From the NCBI GenBank assembly GCA_002633005.1, contig NMRA01000095.1:965622-1029621 (forward strand): a DNA stretch of 64,000 nucleotides, written 5' to 3'. A model generated the notes under the pieces. The model was given only the letters and a program-made list of their open reading frames with translations, was not told the origin of the DNA and made no database searches. The position numbers and the translations under genes were made by a program. Each line of letters opens with the position of its first letter. Position 1 is the stretch's first letter. The DNA is from Phoronis australis. Its lineage: Eukaryota > Animalia > Phoronida. Positions 1 through 12,000 of the stretch are shown piece after piece.

Positions 1-838
1 GCTATCGTCCTTCGGGCAAGGGATGTTGTGTGCTAGGAGGTCGCACTCCGCCATCTTGCCTTTCGCCACAATGGTTATTGGTCGAAAAACTAGCGTCCCA
101 AGCGGCGAATAAGCCAATTTAACTTTGCGAGGTTGTCCTAACCATGTAAACACTGATAAATTCATACTTTAACGACGTTTGACGTGCAATAAAATTACTT
201 TGTGATTGAAAATGGGTAAAATATGTATATTTAAAGTCTTTTTTAATCAAGTGAGAATGAAAATGCGTGTTTTAGTAAATAAGTGTAATCAACAGTAAGA
301 TTTTTGCCTTTATCTTATGAAGCTCTCTTCCAGTCAAAAACCATAGTTTCGTTTCATGTTTGAGTTTTCAATAAGACAAATTACCTTTCCTATTTACATT
401 TGATACCTCCATGGACTACTTAATTTCAATAATTATTCCCGGAGTTCAGGCAGCAGTTGCTCCAGGTGGCACCGGAAGGGGGTTCATGGGAGGAGTGCAA
501 AACGGAAAAAAACCAGGTGGGCGCCAAATGGGTGCTGACCTTTCCCCAAAGGGTTAAATGGGAGGAGTGCAAAACAGATAAAAATGGAGGTGTGTGGCAC
601 ATTGGTGTTGACTTGGCCCCTGCCGTCGTAACAAATTTTGGTTGAATGATCCTCCTAACCACTGATAACATGTGCTGAGGTGGTGATAAGATTTGGTTTC
701 CGTTTTGTCTATGCTCCCAAGGACTCTTTGGAGTATGACGAGGTCCATGCTCCTATGGTTATGTTAGTACCGACTTTTCATTACAAGTGTCGATCAAATA
801 ATAATTTTAGGTCTGCCTCGCATCCTTGGCGATTAGAT

Positions 839-1212
839 TATAAATCGGTAAATAAAACAACAAGAATGGATCAACTGAAATTTGAAATTTTCGGATGTAA
901 CAACTTCCTTTATCAACAAAAACAGAAATAAAGTAAAATCAAACACAAAATGACAATTGACATATAATATATGGTGTAATGAAAATGATACATTTTTGCG
1001 TAAAAAATTCAATGACATATTTTAAGAAGTTTTTATGTTCAATCCATGAGGTTCTATTGTATTCAGTTTGTCTATCCAATATTGGATATGTCAATTGTCA
1101 TTTTGTGTTTGATTTTACTTTATTTCTGTTTTTGTTGATAAAGGAAGTTGTTACATCCGAAAATTTCAAATTTCAGTTGATCCATTCTTGTTGTTTTATT
1201 TACCGATTTATA
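839..1212. repeat. Perfect long inverted repeat (arms 839-965 and 1086-1212, 120-bp spacer); foldback/MITE-like
   Basis: The 127-bp arm TATAAATCGGTA...GACATAT is the exact reverse complement of 1086-1212. The ORF track shows the same peptide (YVNCHFVFDFTLF...) on both strands. Confidence 0.9.
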
Positions 1213-2827
1213 TTCTTCATTTCTTGAAACAATAGTATCCTTGGGAGGATCTGGATCGCCTTATTTAGTGTCAGATATATATTTTCTACGTTATTTATCA
1301 TCCTGGCGATTAGAAGTATTCGTTCGTACATGTACTCACAGCCGTGGGCGACTGCTTCTTATCTTGGGCCAATAGGTACATTAAATGCTTTAACTCGACT
1401 CGTTCATACATTTGAGGCTCTGGGAGTGTGATTGTTGCCGTCTCTGGTCACATTGACCCATGGTCATTGGCATGTTATTCTAAATTATCCCTGTAATCGT
1501 TCGGGTAATTTACAAGTTGACATTTTGACACAAAATGAGAGGCAATTTATCATTTATTGATTAACAAATAATCCTTGCCTTTCTAGATCCTTAGGAAAGG
1601 TAAACAATGGCAATTCTATTGTTTTCGTGGATGAATTTGTGCAATTTATTGCGCTACAAAAGGCGCCTTCCTATTGTCCTCATGCTTAGTACGTGACCAC
1701 TCCTTACTACGAGGTGCGAGTAGAAGTGATAACAACGACTCACCTGTGAACGCTACTACACATAGTGTAGTATCGGACGGACCCTAAATATCGGACATAA
1801 AATACAATCTTACTTGAAGTGTAATCTGAGAAATAAATTACCAATTCTTATTCCGCTGTAATGCATTCTAGCGTTGTCTCGTTTTGATTTCACCAAGAGA
1901 GGGTGCAATTTAGACCCCGAAGTCGACCTAAAGCAGACGATCTCCTTAAGTGGTTATAAAAGTTGAAACCATCTCATTGAATTGACAATGTGTCACTGTT
2001 TTATTTTTCATTTGTTTTTTGAACTCAAGTCAAACCCCAGCCGTGCACGAGCGGATGTCATATCAAGAAAGCAAAAAATACTAAAAATTACAGTGTGTCT
2101 GCACGTGCTTTACTCGTCTGCACTGACGGATTCATCGAAATGTCTTGACGCTGTCATCAGGTTTCATTTTATGCATAATTTTGTTGCGAATGGAGCTGTG
2201 TTCTAGCAGCTTATATTATGCCAAAACACTCGAGCTGAAATTGGCTACAAGGTGCCCGCGGACATTACTCGGTTATTCAGCTTTCCGCGGTGTGCCGTAT
2301 TTACGTTCTCAAAGGTTTGTTAGTTGTGTTTTTTAAAGACCAGTCATAACATAAATGTGGCACTCGGTGAAAAGATATAGTAACAGAACAATTTCGTAAA
2401 GTTAAGTCTTTACTTCAGCAAAGAATTTACAACAATTCGTAGTATTTTCAATTAAGTATAATGCAAAATGTGCCAAAACGTTCGATAATTAGGTCACTTG
2501 ACTGTATCGTACTGCAATCCTTGCTACATGTACTCTGAGCGCCACCTGTGAACAACTGAGGTGAAATCGTTGCGATATCTGCAATGTGAATGCTCGTGAA
2601 CACTATTGCCCTGCAATGAAATGCAGCAATAATCAAACCTGTCAGTTTTTAGTTTCCAAACCCAGTTGTTTTTATTTAGTATGCACTAATATTGATATAT
2701 TCTATGTCAAGTTGCGTGTATTGTATGCTGGGTATTGCGGAATTTGAGACGGAATCTTTAAACAGGTTTCGTGAGTACATGGTTTCCCCTATATTTGTGT
2801 CATTAAAAATCACAAATGTTATTGCAG

Positions 2828-3037
2828 GTGGTGCACAGCAATGTCCAGCGTACGTTACGCTGAAGAATCAAGAGTTTAGGAATACCTTTTATGAACCTGG
2901 TGCTGCAGACACATTGCATTGTGACAGGTCTCTCGTACCGGGCTGGTACCGCTTCCAGTCGTCAGCTGGCAGCACAGTGCCAACTTCTTGTGTCGAGCTC
3001 TATCACTGCGGTACTAAATTTCCAGTGTGGATGATGG
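2828..3037 (+). CDS. Gene 1 exon A: D8C (UMOD/GP2/OIT3-like) N-half
   Basis: ttgcag|...ATGATGG|gtaagt; CDRSLVPGWYRFQSSAGSTVPTSCVELYHCGTKFPVWM. Confidence 0.9.
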
Positions 3038-6000
3038 GTAAGTTGTGATAGCTCTCGTCTCTGGCATATTAGAGCTTTTCATCTGACGTGTCATGCATTA
3101 CTTAGGAAGATTAGATTCCGATTCGATGGCGTCCCAGTGAGGAGAGCTCGTATATTTCACTCGTTCACCCCAAAGAACCAGAGATCTTGTACTGGGGCTG
3201 ATTTGGTTAAGCAAACCAAAAAGCATTTTTGCTGTCGAGAGAAGAAACGTGTAATAATTTATTGTGTGCTAATATAAACCTCATATTTGCCCTCTACACG
3301 CGTGCTTGTTTCAGCGACCATTGAGTGAATTACACCAGGTTTCAAAAACAAACAAGACGTACCGTACTCGCAAAGTTTTTGTAACATGCTAGTCTAAATG
3401 ACCTTGTTTAACAACATAATCTTTGCTCCAGTGCAACTTGATTCCTATCGTAATATTTGTGAAGAAAACTCCATTTTAAGTGAAATGCATAAACTTGCAT
3501 TTGAGCTATCATATTACGTTCATTACAAATGTGAAAACAGATATTTTACTTGCAGGTGAAATACCTTCCGTAGAAGATGGTCCTGTAACGCGAGTGTTTT
3601 GCGTAATGGGGAGCACTTTTCCTTGTAAGATTTGCCAAGAACAACGAAGTGTTTGTTGCGATGATCTGTTACAAATTGAAGTGCAGAACTGCAGTTCCAC
3701 AGAAGAATACGTACTCTATAATTTACCAAGAGTATCCGGTTGTCCTGTAGCATTTTGTGCCGGTACGTTTTGACCAAATGTGGTCTTCTTTCTTGTATAA
3801 AGGTACGAGCTTGTGCTACGAATTCACCACCAAATCTGACCCAGGTCTTTCTTAACATGGTTTTAAGGCACTGAAAATATATTTATTGCGCGTGAAACCA
3901 TGCAGGTGTTAACCTCTGATTTCACTGCACAACCTATTTAAACGATCGATAGACAACATTTTACTTGTTCACAAACAAAATACGACTTCATTGCAAAGTT
4001 GATATCTGGAGCATTACTTATATGTAGGGATCATACCTTTAAACAACAGTTTGATACTTACTTTGAAGAAAATATTTCATTCTCTGGCTGCTGCCTCATA
4101 CTTATCTGGCTGCCGCCACTTAATTATCGTAATTGATTGAACTACTTCCGAAGTGTCGCTTTCGTATGGAAATGTGAAATGTTTGATATGTACAGTACAT
4201 CTACAGTGTTTTCATATGATGTTACCAATAACGTTATCCGCCATGTTGGAGTACAAACATTTGAGTATGTTTGCCGTATCCTGAAGCAAAGTCACTTATC
4301 TTTGCTGCCTTCTCGGCAGAATTTATCGGAATAATATTTGATTTCGTAGTAAAAGCTGTATTGAATCTACTTTGATTCTAACCTGATTGTTTTTTTTTCA
4401 ATTTCGAATGAACTTATAAAAGTACATGTAAATTCCCACGTGTTTCAGGATCTGCCAACCTGTGTCCTCCTAACACGTATTCGCCCACCGGATTCCAACC
4501 AGGGTGCACAGGTAAGTTTCAAGTATGCTCATTACTGTATTTCTCGTTCAAAATAACAACGTACACCAATGGAGGACTTACCGAGATTCCGTGCAGACAT
4601 CTTAAGGTGAAAACTTATGACACACTTACCGTCACTTAAGTTTCATCGAAGCATGATATGATTTTATTTCCGTTGCTAGAAAGAACACTGAAACTATCGG
4701 CGAATCAAAAACGCTTCAAATGTTATTAAAGTTTACCAGCCTTAAACTGCATGAAATTGACTTCGCTTAGCTCGTGAATTGAGTTGACAGATCATTCGGT
4801 GGGGTCGGCAGGCAAAGGTTTGCCACGTGCACCCCTCCCCGAACACAAACGTCCAGAAGAGACTGTCAACTCGTCGTCGTTAAGAAGCACCAAAACGTGA
4901 TTAAGTGCACTGTCAAGCTTGTAGGCATTCACCATCTCAAGGTAGGGAAACATTTATGCCTGGTCAAATTTAGAAAAATACCGGCTGACTACAAATTAGG
5001 AACTTTTCAATTTTGGGATGAAAATTTCCAAAGAAAAACAAACGAGTAGTTTTGCTGATGCGTCGCCATTTTGTCATAGGCAAAGTTTTCTTTCTGGTCA
5101 AAAGAGGGCACTAAGAAGGAATGTAAAAGAAATTAAAGTCAGGTGTGCATGCGTGCTTTAAAGGCGAAGGCAAACTTTTTCATGTCATTTTGAGCTAAAA
5201 TAAGGTTGGCTGGTTATCCTAGACATGTGTTCCACTTAATTACAGCTTTTTGTAATTTTATTAATTACTCGTCCTCTACTGCGGAAGTGACGTTTTAGGA
5301 GGCAAGTGTTTCCCGCCACTTGGTTTTGCGTTGACTTTACCGTGCGAATCTGTTCTATTCTACTTTTGTTTTGTGCTGTTTTTCAAAAATTGTCGCCACC
5401 ACTTTCCATCGGCGAGTATTCTGCGGCAAGATAGGTTAGTAGAGAACTCAACTACGTTGGATTTAGGGATTGTTTAGTGTGTTGTAAGCTGAAAATGGCT
5501 GGAGTCAGTGACCCGTATCACAGTGACAGTAGTGGGAGTGACGGAGACCTTGTTCACAGCAGTGGTGACGAGGAATTTTTTCACGGACATTCAGTGGGTG
5601 GGTACATGTTTGAGCCCGAGTATAACGAGGCAGAGTACGCACAGGCACAGGCAGCTGTTGAGAGAAACGAGGCGGCTACTGAGGACAGACGTGGTGACAC
5701 ATCTTGGTGCAAATGCACTGTGTGCGTTGTTATGCCTACCTCAATGGAATGCTTGTGCTGTTCAGAGTTCGACGAGGCCAAGCCACTACTGGACATGGTT
5801 AAGTGGACCTCCGGCATACCACGGACAGAGGAACAACTGTCCCACTTGCCAGAGTGTCCCGCGACACACTCCCACTGGATGGTGACCTGAGCACCCAAAC
5901 TGCTTACATCGTGTCGTGTGACTCCCTCGCCACACACCTGGCACCTTCTAAATAGCTCCAACACTTTAGACAAGTCCACAATAAACTTATCAAAGTTTGG

Positions 6001-9000
6001 CTCACCGATCTGTTCACTGGACGACGAACTGTCCTCTTCACTGGGTGTCGAACTGAGCCTGTAATCACTCCCACTACTCAATATCGCTGCAGGGCTGCTT
6101 AGAGGCTCTGGGCTGGAGAAAACAGCACAGGGCGAATCACTACTGGTTCCAGGAATTGCACGCTCTGGGGTACGTTCGGAGGCACGGGTGACAGTAGATG
6201 AAGTGCCTCCACTGGCTCCAGTCACTGTACTGGCCACAGCTCGCGAGGCTTCTCTCTTCAAAAACGCACTTCTCGCGGGTGGCGACGGGGCACTACAGGG
6301 AATCAACATGGACGGAATGGCATCCTTCTTCAGGTGTTGTTTCGCAGGGACCTTCATCAGTTCTGCGTACAAATCCCTTTCGTAATCGGACGGCAGAAAG
6401 TGCTTGCCACACACACGGTAATTCTCGACTGCTTTGTACGTTGCGTGGACGGGTAACGCTGCGTTCTTCACACGAACGAGCCAAGTACGGCGAAGTGTGC
6501 CATCCATCGGAAAGCGATGCTAAGGTACTCCCAAAGCGTGAGACGATAATTAGTACATCCTGGTACGCAGCAACAGTGTGGCATGTTGACTGATTAGTAA
6601 ATGAAAGCAAACGACGACGTAACTTAACACAACCGAGGTAGAACAATAACTGACTCGGCAGCTCTCACAGTCAGACTATAAGAAAAGAAATTGGCGCGAA
6701 ATGCTTGCCTCCTAAAACGTCACTTCCGGAGTAGCGGACGAGTAATTAACAAAATTACGAAAAGCTGTAATTAAGTGGAAAATATGTCTAGGATAACCAA
6801 CCAACCTTATTTTAGCTCAAAATGACATGAAAAAGGTTGCCTTCGCCTTTAACTAAGACCAGAAATTTGCTAGCCAAGCATCTAAAATAAAAAAGAATTG
6901 CGTCAGATGAGCGAGAATTTTCCGAGCTTAATGATAAGGTCGCGTGACAATCGGTGCCTTGTTAGTAGAACCAGTAATCTTATCATTGTCGTTATCATGA
7001 CATTTTACAGCAGGTCACGTGACGAGCTTTGTACTCAATAGATCAACAGGATCAAGTATTGCTAATGCATGATGACAATCGGCAAGCTATATGTTGTTAC
7101 TTTTAAGCTGTTACGGGTGGCTGCTGGGCTTATTGTTTAGTTTTGATACGCTATATGTGTTATGCATGTATCCAATTTTGGTGTCAAAAATCGGCGCTTT
7201 ATGATTTTGGTCAACAAACGCACAGTCATCTTTCAACATGTGTAATTTGCACATTTTTCTCTGAAGCGTCTGTGTTCAGGTGGCTGTAACGAATATGCAG
7301 ATTTGTAGTAAGCAAGGAGCAAACTGTACAAAACGCGAATTGTTCTAATAATTTAACAATAACTTCATTAAAAACTTTGTTGAACACTATTTATTGGTTT
7401 TGAATTTGAATTTTATTGACATATGTTATTACATAAGACAGGCTGAACTTGAAATGCATACCAAAACATTATTTTGAAATGCACATGTTCATGTATTTAC
7501 CATAAAAACAAGCAGTCGGTGACAGTTGCGTGTTGTGTTTGATCAGGAGAAGTAGACTCAGCGTCTGCTTTACAGCTAAGGTTAGGGCTGGGTTAATAGT
7601 TAAATTAGATGCACTGAGATCAAGGTAGACAATGAGGAAGAGAGGGGCTCGGACTCAGTTGAATGACCATAAAGTCATGTATTTGTTTACTGCTAACAGT
7701 ATGAACCCGGATCTGCTCTTATGTCAAACAATCTTATTCAAATTGTTTAGAGAAAAAAAAAATCATAATCTCACAAATCTGAAGTTGAAGAGCAATTATA
7801 AAGCAGCTTAGAATTACTTGGCGTTTTTTCTGGTTTTGAGCTGTTCCTCAATACATAATTTGTTGAGTGCCACCTAGCGAAAAATAGCGAAATGACAACC
7901 CCTGAAGTGATGGCCGTGGTTGTGCACTGTAGAATTATGGGACAAATCTTACGACTCCCGTCCCGTATGTGAAAATTTCTCTCCACAAGATTCTTGCACT
8001 ACAAAACACAATCCAGAGTTCATTACTGGAGTTTGTACTATGTTCAGCGTTATCAAAGCAAAAAATCCTATGTTATGACGTAATTGTTTCTTGTGTTGTA
8101 GGTGACCGTGCTACATACAATGGGTCTGTAACGGCTTCTGCTCATGCCGGAAAACGACCTGACGAGTATCCCGAAACAGGCGATTTCCGGGAAAATTGGT
8201 TTCGAAACCATCTGACGATCAAAAACAAAAAAGAAATTCAGTTCCATTGCAACATTGCTGATGACAACTCAGTAAACTTTGCGAAGCTGTTTTTTAACGT
8301 TCGTTGGTTTATCAACGATGTTGAATTTGCATATAATGAACTGGGTGCAGGTGAAACTGTTTCGATTCTACACGAGTACCAATGGATAACAAGGACTGGA
8401 CCAAGAGTTAAATTGCCATTTAATGTACGTAATTGTCAACTTGAATTGATTCAAAACAACAATCACTAACTAAAACCATATTTGTAATGATCGTGAAACT
8501 TGATAGCTAACACTGAGGAGGTGATAATGCGGGAGAAATGTGGTGATGATGATAAAGTCGAAATATCGTGACTGGTGGTGTCCGCAATAGTAGAGGTAGT
8601 GGTGGAGCGTTGATAGTGAAATGATTTGTGGTAGCGAGGCTGGTGGTAGCCGTCCTTGTGGAGACGTTCGGGATGGAGTTGAGAATGGTTGTGCTTGGAA
8701 TGGTGGTGGACTGTCATAAAGATAGTGAGAATTACAGTTGTAGGAGTAAACGTGGTGGTTATAGATAAAGTTGTGTTGGTGAGGCACGCAGAGAGGATGG
8801 TGGCTTTTGTGGCGGTTGTGTTAGTGAGGGTCATAGGGAGGGTGCTGGTTGTCAGGGCGGTGGTTTTTGTGAAGGTTGTAGTGAGAGGGGTGATTGTAGA
8901 GTAGAGGTGGTGAATGTTATTGTGTAGATGAGAGCCGTAGCAAGAGTCAGTGGTTGTCGTGACGGTAGCGATGATAAGTGGTGGTTTTGAGGTAGGAGGA

Positions 9001-12000
9001 TAACGAGAGGTTTTAGAAATATTGCCCTCGATGTTAATATTACGTGTAGTAGCAGTAATCGCAGATTATGCATTGGTTGTAGAACACTGATGCAGTCGTA
9101 AATCACTGATGGACCAGTAGATGTTGTGGTGTGGCCGAATGCAGTAACACGCACTCGAGCCGAACATTATTATAAGGTCTGCAATGATTTGAACTTGCAT
9201 GACTGCGCTCCACAAAAACAATTGAGAAGAATGGCAGTACGGTGTCATACAATGTTGCACGACCACTGATATTTCTGTTGGATAAATCACATAACTTTAA
9301 ACTCGGACTAACTCGTGTGATATTGGTGCTGCCCCTGCGTCAGTTGTCACTATTCGCGCTTTGATCAATCACATGCTATAGAAAGCATTCGCTTAGAAAA
9401 CGAATCGTCAATACACCAAAGCAGTCAGAAACAACCATGTCTAATGAAATCAGCAAAACGAACCGGAGCATCAATGACTGTATAGTAAATATGTGTATGA
9501 TAAAAAACCGGACGATCGCCGCACAAATAAAAAGTTCATGTTCAATCAACGTTTCGTCTATTCATTACAAAGTACAGCAAGTGCCAACATACATAAAGTG
9601 AAGCGAGAGATACAGGTAATACAGTGTATAGTCAGTAGCTGGTCATCACCATCGGGCATACTATCTCACATGGAGCTGTTATCAAGCTCGGTATCTGTCC
9701 ATATTTCTATAATAACTCAAAAGCGTGCAACAATGATCAGGAACCTCTGTTTTTCACTAATATTTAGCTGATTCTAATCATATCAAACATGTGTACTCTA
9801 GGTTCATTGTGAAGTCCTGGCGCATTATAACAACACTGGTGGCATTTCGGACACTGTCCGCAGCGGAGATTTTTGGGCTGGTATAAAGGTAAGGTAACAC
9901 GACACCACGTATTTCTTACCGTTGACTGCTCTCCTTATTCGTACTGTAGCTCTCATAACTTTCTGTTTAGAATCTTATCACTTATATCATCTCTAAAGAC
10001 TCATCATTTGGGAATCTTATCAGTTAGATTATCTCCCAAGACAATCGCTCATTCTTAAAAACATTTCTAATCAATATTCATTTGTCTTTTTGAATTTAAT
10101 TTATTGCATTATATTACATTAATTTTGATATGCAAGAATGAAGATATCGCAAACAATAATAATGAAAAATGATAATAGACAATAGTGATGATCATCATCA
10201 TGATCACAGTGATGATTCAAAATCACAGAATTGTACTTAAAATAAACACTGAAAAACCAAATTTATTATCATACGCGTAGATGAGTACTACATGACTTAT
10301 CCAAGATCAATTTTTTTGTTATTTTCAAATCCTCTGCAAACATTTCACTCACACCTGAAACAAACCCAATCCCTAACAGCTGACTTTAAACCAGCAAAAG
10401 ATATTCTACTGTAAAACTGAAAGTCTCAGGGAAAATTGAAACCATTAATTCTATCGGCCTGTTTCTACAAAGCAATCCATAAACAATGGTTATCTTTTCG
10501 AAGAACACCAATCACATGCCACAAAAGATATGATTACGCATTGCCCGGATGCATCAGGGGTCAAGGTGGTCTAACCATTATACTCGAAATCGAACTGGAT
10601 AGTATTGATTACATTTCCGTTCATCTTTAAAACGACCTGAAGATTGTTTTGAATAACTTCAAAATATTTGTTGTGCAACCATGGGGAAGAAGAAGAGACT
10701 AAACATATAATCTAATGATATTTTATTGCTAGATTCGTTTTGCTTTTGGACTGAGGGCCTCTAGAATATGGATTGGTAGGGCCCAGCAAACCCTTATCCG
10801 ACATTTGCTCTACTACAAGAGGCACGCATCCATAGAAAATATTCTCACTCACTCTGATGTGTCTGTCTGTCTGCGTGTGGCGCACAACTCGTCTTTAATT
10901 GTTTTGAATAACAATAAGCGAATAAGTTGCTTTTATAGACTGCTTACTAGTTATGACACAGCTTCACAAGTTCGCCTTATGACAATAGTTTACCATGCCT
11001 CAAACACTGAAAAGTGTAGACGCACAAAATGACTTTAAGGATTTGTTCTTTAGTTACAAGTTTTGTTATTAATTACATGTATGGTTTTGATAGGGATTAG
11101 ACAGTCAATGCAGGTTTCCCACATTTTTCGAATATCACTTTTAGATGTGTCAAACTTTTGAAAATATAACGATGTTCGATTGACAAGTCTAGTTTTTACT
11201 TTTGCTACATCATTTGAAGTAGCGTGTCAACGTCTCATGCAGTGATATATTTAGGAGGGCAATTTTATTTGGTATACCTGTCTTATTTCTTAAGGTAAAG
11301 AATGACACAATCACTATAAAAGAAGGTGAGGATGTAAATGTTACGTTCATGGCAACAGTTCCAATGATAGATGTCGGATGTGACCAAAGTGACCACAGCA
11401 ATCAAAGGTGTCACATAAACTTTGAGCTGAGAGCGACACCTACAATCGAGGACGGGTTCACAAAAGAACAAGTTTGTGTGAACGGCTTCAAACCAGTTGC
11501 AATAACAGCCACAGATTGTAATCAGCCACTTCAGTTAAGAGATCATGCTGCGTTGGATGATTATGAATGGAGTTCGGAATCTCACGGCACCTTTCACTTT
11601 ACAATCAAGAGTTCTATCGACAATCAATACGGAGCTCCAAAAAAACGTATTCTCAAGCTCGGAACACCTACTACTGTAAACAACCATCCTGCCTGGAGCA
11701 ACTACGTTGTGAAAGATGTCGAGGTAAGTTACTGTCATCAATTATCTTTTTTGAATAATGATTAAGTAGCGCGCAAATGTGTTATTTAGTGTATGACGTA
11801 AACAGAATTATCACCTGTAGGTCCGCTATTTCGAACTTGAGTGCATCCACAACGTTCCGTAGCAACGGACAACACTGAACACGTCCATCTGAAGACGCTG
11901 GTCCGTTGGCTTAAGAAACTATTTAAAACGCTGTATGCCACCCAACTTCAGCCCATGGCAAACTGGCCGTCTCCTCCATCTCGCTCTTGCTTCTTGGAAA

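Larger units (their letters stand above)
5162..6848. mobile_element. Non-autonomous, internally deleted Kolobok DNA transposon
   Basis: TTAA at 5158-5161 and 6849-6852; termini AGG...CCT; ~157-bp near-perfect TIRs (5162-5318 and 6692-6848); convergent KolX-like and THAP-transposase remnants inside. Confidence 0.88.

Noticed and set aside
426-671. Short ORFs with a repeated WEECKT peptide
   Set aside because: They result from a ~71-bp local duplication (TGGGAGGAGTGCAAAAC), with no splice or homology support.
1300-2800. Candidate signal-peptide exons for gene 1
   Set aside because: No ATG-hydrophobic segment ending in a good phase-1 donor. The exon may lie upstream of the window.
4606-4741. 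TTAA-flanked GG...CC segment as a mini-Kolobok
   Set aside because: Terminal similarity is too weak to exclude chance.
5477-5890. A host P2X7 receptor gene
   Set aside because: Only the Cys-rich ballast-like part is present, it lies inside TIRs, and there are no channel domains.
5158-6852. piggyBac assignment because of the TTAA TSD
   Set aside because: The termini are AGG...CCT rather than CCY...RGG, and the cargo is THAP plus KolX-like, which fits Kolobok.
8466-9290. Thr/His-rich and Val-rich ORFs suggesting another mucin
   Set aside because: These come from a low-complexity G/T tract with stops. Exons D and E join in phase without it.
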